The position numbers and the translations under genes were made by a program. From a virus (taxonomy: Duplodnaviria; Caudoviricetes): 59,063 bases of DNA. The DNA is taken from positions 1-59,063 of the IMG/VR virus record IMGVR_UViG_3300048550_000839. The stretch is one strand, 5' to 3'. The notes under the pieces are model-generated. The model had not been told where the DNA came from, searched no databases, and was given only the letters and a program-made list of their open reading frames with translations. Shown in pieces: positions 27,462-36,100 of this stretch (position 1 is the stretch's first letter; each line of letters starts with the position of its first letter).

Positions 27462-28372
27462 AATGCTCCTAATCTAATTAATGTTGCTGCTAAGTTTATT
27501 TCTGGATCTACAACTAATGTATGATCCACCAACCCTTGCTTAATAATTAGCACTGCTTGATCCTGTTGTTCGTCTGTTCCGAAAAGTTCAATATTGTCAT
27601 AAAGCCAACGATATATTTCCTCCATTTCTTCTGCTCTCACAGTACCACACAACAGTTTTCTAGCATCGTGAATCTTGCCTGCCTTGAACAGCTCAACCAT
27701 ATCCAGTTTCCAGTCTGCTTCGCCACTGTCACCTTCGTTAGGTTTTGTAAGCACACCTTCTACACTGTTCATTTGTACTGTGTTGATACACTTACGCAAG
27801 TCTGGATAAGTTGCTTTTACATAAGTGTCAAGTGTATCCAAGTCTGGAGTCACACCTTCTGTGATAAGAATCTCTGCAACTCTTGCTGTAAACTCTGTTT
27901 GGTCAATCTTAGCAATATGGAAGCCTTGGCATCTACTGTGGATAGCAGGAATAATTCTGTTGGGATAGTTACAAGTTAAAATAAATCTACTTGTAGTATG
28001 ATACTCCTCCATCACACCACGTAATGCCGCTTGTGCGTTTGGCGACAAGTAATCAGCCTCATCAAGTAGTACAACCTTAAAGTCACCAAAAGGAATCATC
28101 TGTACAAACGCAACAATCTTATCACGCACATCATCTACACTATTTGTGCGACTTGCGTTAATCTCAAGTATGTCTAATGGATTAACATCTAGCTCATTAA
28201 ACAACAACTTAGCAAGAGTAGTTTTACCAATTCCAGCATTGCCACTGAACAGCAAATGTGGAATAGTTTTGTCTTTGATCCAAGTCTTTACTTGATTACG
28301 TTGTGCGTCATCTCTAAATACATACCCGTCCACTGTTTTTGGACGATATTTTTCTACCCATAATTCTTTCAT
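27458..28372 (-). CDS. Clamp loader ATPase subunit (gp44/RFC-like)
   Basis: [30 protein letters not shown]. Confidence 0.93.
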   Translation of the reverse strand: MKELWVEKYRPKTVDGYVFRDDAQRNQVKTWIKDKTIPHLLFSGNAGIGKTTLAKLLFNELDVNPLDILEINASRTNSVDDVRDKIVAFVQMIPFGDFKVVLLDEADYLSPNAQAALRGVMEEYHTTSRFILTCNYPNRIIPAIHSRCQGFHIAKIDQTEFTARVAEILITEGVTPDLDTLDTYVKATYPDLRKCINTVQMNSVEGVLTKPNEGDSGEADWKLDMVELFKAGKIHDARKLLCGTVRAEEMEEIYRWLYDNIELFGTDEQQDQAVLIIKQGLVDHTLVVDPEINLAATLIRLGAL

Positions 28373-28602
28373 CTTTCGCTTAATGCCTTTATCATTGCAA
28401 TTCTTTCGTGTTTTTTAACAAATTCTGTTTCGCCTTCATAACTATGACACTTGGCAAGCGCCTCTTCTACATACCATTTTATACGATATAAATCTTTTTT
28501 GCAATTAAAAGTTTCATCACCGGTTAGATTTTGATCAGATTCATTTAAGAAAATTCTATCTATATCGTTTTTAATTCCGTGTATGTCCCAAGTTTTAAGC
28601 AT
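28369..28602 (-). CDS. Hypothetical protein
   Basis: Coupled ORF. Confidence 0.5.
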   Translation of the reverse strand: MLKTWDIHGIKNDIDRIFLNESDQNLTGDETFNCKKDLYRIKWYVEEALAKCHSYEGETEFVKKHERIAMIKALSER

Positions 28603-28879
28603 TTATTAGTGTACTCCACTTTTTTAATTTATCACGTTTTATATCTGCACGATTTAAAATTTCATACCAATCAAATATACCGTGCTCACTCATAAGTTCT
28701 AGCATACAAAATACATCGCCTGCTTCCTCTAACAGTTTAGCACGTTGTTGTTCATCGATCAAGTCTAAAGTTTTATACTTGCGCATAATCTTACTGCATC
28801 GTTGTGTAAGTTCCCCACACTCTTCCATAGTAATTGTCATTAACTGCTGAAGTGTGTTTATTGGACTTTCTTGCATCAC
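28595..28879 (-). CDS. MazG-like NTP pyrophosphohydrolase
   Basis: MEECGEL...LLEEAGDV. Confidence 0.7.
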   Translation of the reverse strand: MMQESPINTLQQLMTITMEECGELTQRCSKIMRKYKTLDLIDEQQRAKLLEEAGDVFCMLELMSEHGIFDWYEILNRADIKRDKLKKWSTLINA

Positions 28880-29055
28880 TGTACTGCTAGTGGTTTGTTG
28901 TTTTGCGTATCGTGGTAATCACCAGACTTGTAATAATCACGACTTGCTTCTTCTTTTACCATCATTCCGTCTTTCATACGATATGTAATAATCTCTCGTC
29001 TGACAACTCCTTCGGTATCTGCGTTGAATGCATTCTTAAATGGACCATCTGTCAT
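28876..29055 (-). CDS. 59-aa ORF not in track (MTDGPFKNAF...PLAVQ)
   Basis: AGGAG RBS; overlaps both neighbours; fills gap. Confidence 0.6.
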   Translation of the reverse strand: MTDGPFKNAFNADTEGVVRREIITYRMKDGMMVKEEASRDYYKSGDYHDTQNNKPLAVQ

Positions 29056-29276
29056 ATTTTTACTCCTATGTTGTTTAGCATATTTTGTGCTAGTTTTAAA
29101 TTTTTAGATTCTTCTTCGCTTATTTCTTGTATTAATAGTTCTTGTAATACAATCGCCATATTGTATTCTTCTTCAGATAATGATTTGAAAAAATCATATA
29201 ATTCTTCTACTGTGTCAGCCACCCACATTTTATCTAATATGCGACACTGTTCTTCAGTCAATCCTTCTATGCGCAA
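29052..29276 (-). CDS. Hypothetical protein
   Basis: IEGLTEEQ..ILDKMW pattern; coupled ORF. Confidence 0.5.
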   Translation of the reverse strand: MRIEGLTEEQCRILDKMWVADTVEELYDFFKSLSEEEYNMAIVLQELLIQEISEEESKNLKLAQNMLNNIGVKI

Positions 29277-29791
29277 AGACCTAACTCCTTGTAAACCATT
29301 TGGACACCTTTTGCCTGGAAGTATGCATCTGCTAGTGCATTATGCAAATCACTTTGCATTGCTTTACGTGGATCTACTTTTGCCATAGCAAATAATGTTC
29401 TGCTATCACGTACTTGCCAAAACTGCCACGGAATGTTTTTTCCACGCTGCCTTAACATATCTTCAAGTATAGTAATATCAAAACCATAGCCGTGTCCCCA
29501 TAACACATCAACACCTACCATCCATTTAGGCAAACTATCTAAAAACACATCAACGTGTTCTCTGCCTTCTGTGCCAAATGCTTCGTCTTGTACTTTTTTA
29601 TCTTGAGTTGCCCACCAAGCAATTGTATCGTCATTTACACTGCGGTCTTGTGTATCTAAATCCAACTTGTAATAAAACTCACTATGTGGTTCTGAATCGC
29701 CGTAAGGATCGAACTTAACTCCGCCAACTGTTAATACACTTGCACTTGGGGTAACATCAAGTGTTTCAAGATCAATCATTCCGTGAATCAT
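29267..29791 (-). CDS. DEDDh 3'-5' exonuclease (DexA/ExoVIII-like)
   Basis: MIDLETL, FDITIL, RDSRTL, HNALADA. Confidence 0.85.
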   Translation of the reverse strand: MIHGMIDLETLDVTPSASVLTVGGVKFDPYGDSEPHSEFYYKLDLDTQDRSVNDDTIAWWATQDKKVQDEAFGTEGREHVDVFLDSLPKWMVGVDVLWGHGYGFDITILEDMLRQRGKNIPWQFWQVRDSRTLFAMAKVDPRKAMQSDLHNALADAYFQAKGVQMVYKELGLCA

Positions 29792-29816
29792 AAAAATACT
29801 CCTACTAGTTTCTTAC

Positions 29817-29845
29817 ATTATAGCGTAATAACTAATAGGAGTCAA
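29817..29845 (-). promoter_or_regulatory. sigma70-type promoter
   Basis: TTGACT-17-TATAAT upstream of exonuclease-clamp loader-thyX operon. Confidence 0.8.
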
Positions 29846-29850
29846 GTAAA

Positions 29851-30537
29851 TTATTCTCTATTTCCTAATAACATTAATAGGAATTGAAATAGATTTACAA
29901 AATCTAAGTATAAACTAAGTGCCATTTGCACACCATATTTTTCAGCTACATCCATATTAGGTGCCGAAATATACAAGTTCTTTGCTGTCTGCGTATCCCA
30001 AGCTGTCATACCTACAAAAATAAGCACACCGATAATACTAATTGCAAATGCAAATGCGGAACTTGCTAGAAAAATATTTACAATACTAGCAATAATAATA
30101 CCAATCAAGCCTACAATGAGAAAACTACCCATAGTGGTGAGATCACGTTTTGTTGTATATCCGTAGAGACTGGCGGCTGCGAATGTTGCTGCTGTGATAA
30201 AAAATACTTGAGTTATACTCGTCGCTGTATACACCACAAAAATTGTACTCATACTTACACCCATTACTGCTGTAAAAATGTAGTAAAAACGTGTAATACC
30301 TTGTAAGCTCCAGTTTCGTCCTGCGAAACTATAATATAATATCATTCCTAAAGGAGCAAACATAAACAGCCACATTAAGCTGCCCATACTATAAATCATA
30401 CCTGTTGTAAAAGTTAGGTATGCAATAAAACCACTTACTGCTAATCCTAGTGCAGTGTGATTATACATATTAATCATAAATTTACGCAAGCCTTCATCGT
30501 ATGCACGACTTGCAATATTTGCGGTTCTTGATACCAT
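29851..30537 (-). CDS. Bax inhibitor-1/YccA family membrane protein
   Basis: About 7 TM; YGYTTKRDL, TAWDTQ, ALSLYLDFVNLF. Confidence 0.92.
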   Translation of the reverse strand: MVSRTANIASRAYDEGLRKFMINMYNHTALGLAVSGFIAYLTFTTGMIYSMGSLMWLFMFAPLGMILYYSFAGRNWSLQGITRFYYIFTAVMGVSMSTIFVVYTATSITQVFFITAATFAAASLYGYTTKRDLTTMGSFLIVGLIGIIIASIVNIFLASSAFAFAISIIGVLIFVGMTAWDTQTAKNLYISAPNMDVAEKYGVQMALSLYLDFVNLFQFLLMLLGNRE

Positions 30538-30899
30538 TATAAGTCTCCTATAAATTTAGCAAGTTGTGGAGCCTTCCATCCTTCCGGCTTTAGAACTTTG
30601 CCATCTTCACGTTTACGTACCTTGCCTGTGTTTGGATCAATCTTAGCAAAGTTTGTGTCCATTACTTCTTTCCAGGCACCTTCGGCGTCCCAGCCTGCGG
30701 CACGAATAGCACCCATAGTAACAACAAGGATATCCACTAGTGCGTCTAGTTGTTCTACCTTATCGTTGTCTATAAGAGCTTCTTCCAGTTCGTCTGTTTC
30801 TTCTCGAATTAAATCAAGATACATTTTATAGTTTGCTTCACTTGCTGGTTGGTCACACGCTGTTCCAAACGTGTCAATATCTTTAAATGGATTAGTCAT
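30537..30899 (-). CDS. MazG-like/PRA-PH-type nucleotide pyrophosphohydrolase
   Basis: LIREETDEL...DALVD...NFAK...REDGKVLKPEGW; start moved to MTNPF. Confidence 0.8.
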   Translation of the reverse strand: MTNPFKDIDTFGTACDQPASEANYKMYLDLIREETDELEEALIDNDKVEQLDALVDILVVTMGAIRAAGWDAEGAWKEVMDTNFAKIDPNTGKVRKREDGKVLKPEGWKAPQLAKFIGDL

Positions 30900-30900
30900 A

Positions 30901-31278
30901 TTATGCTTTTCCAATACTAGCACCTTGGGGTTGTTCTTTGCTCCAACCCATAATGCTTTCTGCTTCTACCATACGTAGTGTTGATTCACCGGTTCCTTCA
31001 TCGACATCAATTCCACGGGTCCAACGTCCGTGTTCTACAAGGATCCAATCTCCAACTGAATAATTATCCTTGTTTTCAGGACCAACTGCGTGTACACGAC
31101 ACCAGCGTGGATAAATTCCACGTTGTGTACCATCATCACCTGTAAGTATCAAGCCACCTGTAGTAACTTGTTCTCCAAAATGCATATCACTTACAATTAC
31201 TCTATTTTTTATAGGGCTGAGTTTACCCTTTACTTTTGGTGTAATTTTAAATCCACCACCCATACCGTCTGAGCTCAT
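30901..31278 (-). CDS. GroES-like co-chaperonin
   Basis: LSPIKNRVIV...TTGGLIL...VHAVGP...VGDWIL. Confidence 0.75.
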   Translation of the reverse strand: MSSDGMGGGFKITPKVKGKLSPIKNRVIVSDMHFGEQVTTGGLILTGDDGTQRGIYPRWCRVHAVGPENKDNYSVGDWILVEHGRWTRGIDVDEGTGESTLRMVEAESIMGWSKEQPQGASIGKA

Positions 31279-31718
31279 TAGTTACCTTTCTTTACAAAAT
31301 TTCCTTCAGTGTCTTCGATCCAATCATCTTCGACCGAGACTTCTTCGATTACTTCTTCAACAGTTTTTGGTTCTGCCTTCTTTTGGACAGGTTTTACCGC
31401 CGGCTTTGGTACTGGTTTAGGCGGAACAGGTTCGTCGTCAAATTCAGCTATTTGAGCTGCTTCTGCCGATGTTAAAGATTCCGTCGATTTAGTAGGAATT
31501 TCGTCGGCAACTGGTCTGCTACCGTCATAATAATCTCTAACAACTTCTTCTCTTTTACGAATAATTTTACCGCCTGCGCCTAGTTCGTCACCACGGGCAT
31601 TTACACGAGCATTTCCTACAGCAGGGGTAAGTTCATTTCTTTTGATAAGTTTATCGATATCTACAATTTTACCTTGCATTGATCTGTAAACTTTTTTTGT
31701 CTTTGGTTTCATAGCCAT
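31278..31718 (-). CDS. Hypothetical late protein
   Basis: AVGNARVNARGDELG.GG motif; GGAG RBS; TAAATA upstream. Confidence 0.6.
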   Translation of the reverse strand: MAMKPKTKKVYRSMQGKIVDIDKLIKRNELTPAVGNARVNARGDELGAGGKIIRKREEVVRDYYDGSRPVADEIPTKSTESLTSAEAAQIAEFDDEPVPPKPVPKPAVKPVQKKAEPKTVEEVIEEVSVEDDWIEDTEGNFVKKGN

Positions 31719-31743
31719 AGGGTTCTCCTAATATAGTATATAT

Positions 31744-32301
31744 TTAGTCACGTAAAAATTCACGCCAGTCTAAATTGTAATTAATGCTATTAATACGATG
31801 TACGCCAATTAAGTATAATACATAACTTGCTACACTTGATCCACGTCCTACACCCCATATAATATCATTTTCACGCATAAAGTCTACAAGATAGATCATA
31901 TAGCGTAGCAAGTCCACCATACCGCGTTCTCTAAACGCTTCAAGTTCCTCTTCTACTCTTTTCCATTCTGGTAATGTCGTAGTGTCAATCTTATCTATTT
32001 GTAGTTTTTCCATAAGTCGTGATGCTATCCAACTTTCGTATCCAAGTGTTTTGTATTCATCAGGCATAAACCATTCACTTTGACATACACCGTCAAAAGT
32101 TTTTTGATCTACATCTAATGGAATATACTTTTGTAATTTGTCAAGACCCTGTTCTTCCATAGCCTTGTTAAACTTGTCTACATCGTCTGATTCGTCACAT
32201 AGAACCACGTGGCATTTTTCTACATTGCCACTATAAATCATATCTAACAAATCACGGTTAGAGAATCGTGGAATACCTAATTCATCTGTTTTCATAAGCA
32301 T
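31744..32301 (-). CDS. DNA polymerase III alpha (DnaE)-like fragment
   Basis: RVEEEL...YMIYLVD...WGVGRGSSVASYVLYLIG...EFL matches DnaE GxGRGS region; only 185 aa. Confidence 0.8.
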   Translation of the reverse strand: MLMKTDELGIPRFSNRDLLDMIYSGNVEKCHVVLCDESDDVDKFNKAMEEQGLDKLQKYIPLDVDQKTFDGVCQSEWFMPDEYKTLGYESWIASRLMEKLQIDKIDTTTLPEWKRVEEELEAFRERGMVDLLRYMIYLVDFMRENDIIWGVGRGSSVASYVLYLIGVHRINSINYNLDWREFLRD

Positions 32302-32307
32302 ATATGT

Positions 32308-32336
32308 ATATTACGATACATTTATCAAATTGTCAA
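32308..32336 (-). promoter_or_regulatory. sigma70-type promoter, near-leaderless, for dnaE fragment
   Basis: TTGACA-17-TAATAT, 6 nt before ATG. Confidence 0.55.
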
Positions 32337-32535
32337 GATCATTATCCGGACTTTGATCCCTTTTTTTGTTTCTGTTTCTAGTTTCAATTTCCATTTGGAA
32401 TGTGTCTATTAACAAACTAATTTGCGATTGAACTTCAACATTCATTGTTGTAAAATACCTTTTTTGTAAAGTTACAACTTTTTCTTGAAGTTGTGTGTCC
32501 GTAAAATTATTTAAGTCATCAATTAATGGATGCAT
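32311..32535 (-). CDS. Hypothetical protein
   Basis: Coupled ORF ending LDNLINVS. Confidence 0.55.
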   Translation of the reverse strand: MHPLIDDLNNFTDTQLQEKVVTLQKRYFTTMNVEVQSQISLLIDTFQMEIETRNRNKKRDQSPDNDLDNLINVS

Positions 32536-33122
32536 TATGTTGTTGTTACAAATTGGCCTTGGTATTCCATATACACATCAACACCATTGTTGTATGTCCA
32601 CGCACGTACTGAAATACTTTGATCGGCAGTAGCAGGAACATTAATTGCCCTATTTGTCCACGCACCGTTGTTATCTGTATAAATGTTAGCTGCTCCTGGG
32701 CTTGCAAAGGTTACAGCTTGTGTACCACTACCGTTACCCGAAAAGTGTACAACCATTTCGGCAAAATTGCTTGTTTCTGGCCAATCATCAAAAGTTACAG
32801 TAATAGTGTTGTTAATATTTACAAGTCTAAAGTAGTGTCCTGATTGAAAACTTAATGTTATTGAAGTATCACCCAAAACATTTGATTCGACACTCTCTTT
32901 TTGACTACTTAATAAATTTACATTTGAAATTGTGTTATTATTAAATGTTGTTGTAACATTAGTTTTGGCAGTATTATCCTGCAAAGTTGTGATTTCACTA
33001 TTAGCAGTTGCTAATCCAGTTTTTATAATGTTAAAGTTGTCACGAAATCCTTGGGTGTCGTTATCAACCCCTGCAATTGGATACGTGTCGTCTATTGTTT
33101 GCGATATAATATTACTTGCCAT
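32535..33122 (-). CDS. Putative virion structural protein
   Basis: YPIAGVDNDTQGFRDNF N-terminus plus beta-rich C-terminus; late promoter at 33141-33148. Confidence 0.6.
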   Translation of the reverse strand: MASNIISQTIDDTYPIAGVDNDTQGFRDNFNIIKTGLATANSEITTLQDNTAKTNVTTTFNNNTISNVNLLSSQKESVESNVLGDTSITLSFQSGHYFRLVNINNTITVTFDDWPETSNFAEMVVHFSGNGSGTQAVTFASPGAANIYTDNNGAWTNRAINVPATADQSISVRAWTYNNGVDVYMEYQGQFVTTT

Positions 33123-33156
33123 AAATTCTTTTCCTCTATATATTTATGATTAATTA

Positions 33157-36100
33157 CTAACCACTGTTAAAAGAATGACGTGGAAATAAAATAAATGTTT
33201 CTTGATTATTATTTTCTGTTTTATCAACAATATATCTATCAATTTCATAATTTATTTGCTTAAAGTCAAACTTAGCGTTTTCTATATTTTCTTTAATTGT
33301 TTGTGCTCCACCTGGCTTAGTGTAGCATAATGGTAATGCTGTTACATAATCAATTTCTGATAAACTTCCATCTTGTGCAGTACGCATCCATAATGGTAAA
33401 AATTCTCTTTCATTAGCACCAATGGCAGCAATACGTTTACGCATTGTTCCAATATTGCTAAGATATCTAAATCTATCTTTTGACTGACTTGTGATTACAC
33501 TTGTTTGATCAACAGTGACTACATCACCGTTTGGTCTAAAGCGATACGGATCGCCACTTGCATCATTTGATAAACTGGTTGTCTGTACTGATACTGTACC
33601 ATTTCTACCAATAATTGCAATACCCCCGTTTGTAGGTAATGTTAAATCACCTGCTCTTGTTTTAATTAGTAGGCCTGCTTCGTCTCTAACTTTTATAATT
33701 ACCCCGTTTCTAGTGCTGATACTAAAAAATCCTTGACCTTGTGCTTTTGCACTATCGTCATCTCTTGCTTCTTTTTTTACTTGGTTAATTTTTAAATCTG
33801 TACCTGTGCGTATAGATGCTCGGTCTTGTGTTTCACCGGTTTCTGGTTCGCCAGGGTCAATCACATCTACATATACAACTTCATATACAATATCATTTGT
33901 TCCGGGTTGTTTAGCAACAGCAGTTTTTAAACTACCAAATGTAAACTTTTTCTTAGTATGATTTAATGTAACCGCAGCAGCAAAACTTTCAATATTTTTT
34001 TGTTCAATTCCTGCATAAGCAAGTGTACGTAAATCTTTTTGTAATCCAAAATTAGTGTCATATGGGCGATAAATTAAACTTGCATCAAAAATTGTATAAT
34101 CATTAATAAATTCATTATATAAATTTCTTTGTGCAGTATTTAAAAATGGTTGCATATAAACATTGCTGTATAATTTTGTATCAAGATCAATAATGGTAAT
34201 ACTAAATGTTCTTGATAATGCACTATAACCAAATCTATCTCTTGCTAAAACTTTGAATGTAAATTTTCTATCAAATGTAGTGCTAGTACCGTCAAATGTA
34301 GTAGTTCTATCATCTATAGTTGTTAGTCCGGGATCAGCAGTAGTACCGAATTGCTTAACTGTTCCAGTTATTTCGCCATTACGCTTTAATTGTAAACCAA
34401 CAGGTAATTTTCCTGATATTAAATCATATCTTAGATTAGCACCTTCTAAAGTTGTTTCAGCTTGAACATTTAAATAACTTATTCTATTAGCGCCTAAGGA
34501 AGGTAATGTTTCTGGAGTAATCCATCTAATTGTACTATCAACATTACCTAAAACTTTTAGGGTAAATGTTTTACTAGTACTAGTAAATTCACTTTGTGTT
34601 TCTAAAATTCTTTTGGTAATACTTTTATCTTTAATAGCACCTAATGCAAATTGCGTATCTTTTGCTACATTCACGGTCCAACTATTTGTAAATAATGCTT
34701 TAACAGTATCTTCGTCTACAACACTATAAACTGGAGAACTGTCTTCAGTTTCAAATACACTTTCAAGCAAGTTTCTATTGTTCGTTAGGGCTGTTTGTGG
34801 AATGTTCACAACTATGCTTGTTAAGTCAGTAGCGTCAACAATAATTAAATCTTCATCTATATTTGCAACTTTACTTAAAGCACGTTTTACAGATGTTTGA
34901 ATTGGCTCACCAGGAATAATTGATATTCCTGTTCCTGTAAAATTAATTCCTAAACTTTGATTACTTTCGCCTACGAATCTATAATTATTTACAAAATTAA
35001 TTTCTTTAACAAAATTAGCTGTGGTGCCATAATTTATGTTTCTTGATACCCATTGTGCTATTTCTGTTTCAGTTAAATTATTTCTGTAAAATAAAGCAAT
35101 ACTATCGCCAATAGTTATATTAGTGCTTAATGTTAGTGGCTTTAGAAAAGGACTCGGTAGTAATGGAAAACCTAATTGTAAAGTATCGTATAAAAGATTA
35201 TCTTCATTTATTTGTTCAATAAGGTAATCATTATTTTCAATCGTAACTTGTGTCTTTTTAAGTGCTTCTACATCATCAACTCCATCATCTAAACTTCTAG
35301 AAATTTTGTTAACTTTTACTGTAGTCATACCTGCAAGTGTGTCTTCAAAAATATTTGTGTTTATTTCAAATACTTCTTGATCAGCTTCACTTCTTGTTGC
35401 CTCAATTGTAAATTTGTAATCTACTTCTACCGCAGGCTGATAAGGAATTATTCCTGCTAGTTCTCCAGTATCAGTATCAAAATCCAATCCATTTGGAATT
35501 ATACTTCTCGACCCGTCATCGTTGTATTCACGAATGTTATATTTTACATTGCCTAACAAATAGTTTGGATCGTATACATCAATAAAAATTGTTTGATAAT
35601 TATCTGCTCTGATACTACCTAAGTTACCTCTAGTTAACCAAATAGGTTTTCTTAGATATGTTACATCTGCTGTAAACAACCCTGTAGCAGATCTCATTAT
35701 AGTGTTATCTGCTCTTAGGAAATCGTCACTTACAACGTAAATAGCAAAACGCCTTCTGTTATCACTTACATCATCTGCTACAGTAACAAAGAATTCATAT
35801 TCTCTATTTAATTTTCTTGGATTTCTACTAGGCAATCCGAATCCATAAAACTGTGCATCATACGGATCACTATCAAAACCTTCAGTATCAGTAACACCTT
35901 GTTGTTGTCTAGTACTATCCCCATAAGGATCATAATTGTCTGAATCTAATGCTAAAATAGGATCTACTATACCTTTAATGTTACCTTCTTTTGACAAAGT
36001 CAATCCAGGAGGCAATTCTCCGTCGCCCTCTGCAATATAAAATGTTAAAGTTTCTCCAGCTGTTAAATCTGGATCAATAACTTCTAGATCAAAATCTACT

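Noticed and set aside
28903-29388. 161-aa plus-strand ORF
   Set aside because: Overlaps three coupled minus-strand ORFs, including the 59-aa ORF with an AGGAG RBS
16570-31278. Bacterial chromosome origin suggested by clpA, def, dnaJ, fdxA, yccA, groES
   Set aside because: Interleaved with PolB, clamp loader, endolysin/spanins and fibre genes at phage-like density with T4-type late promoters
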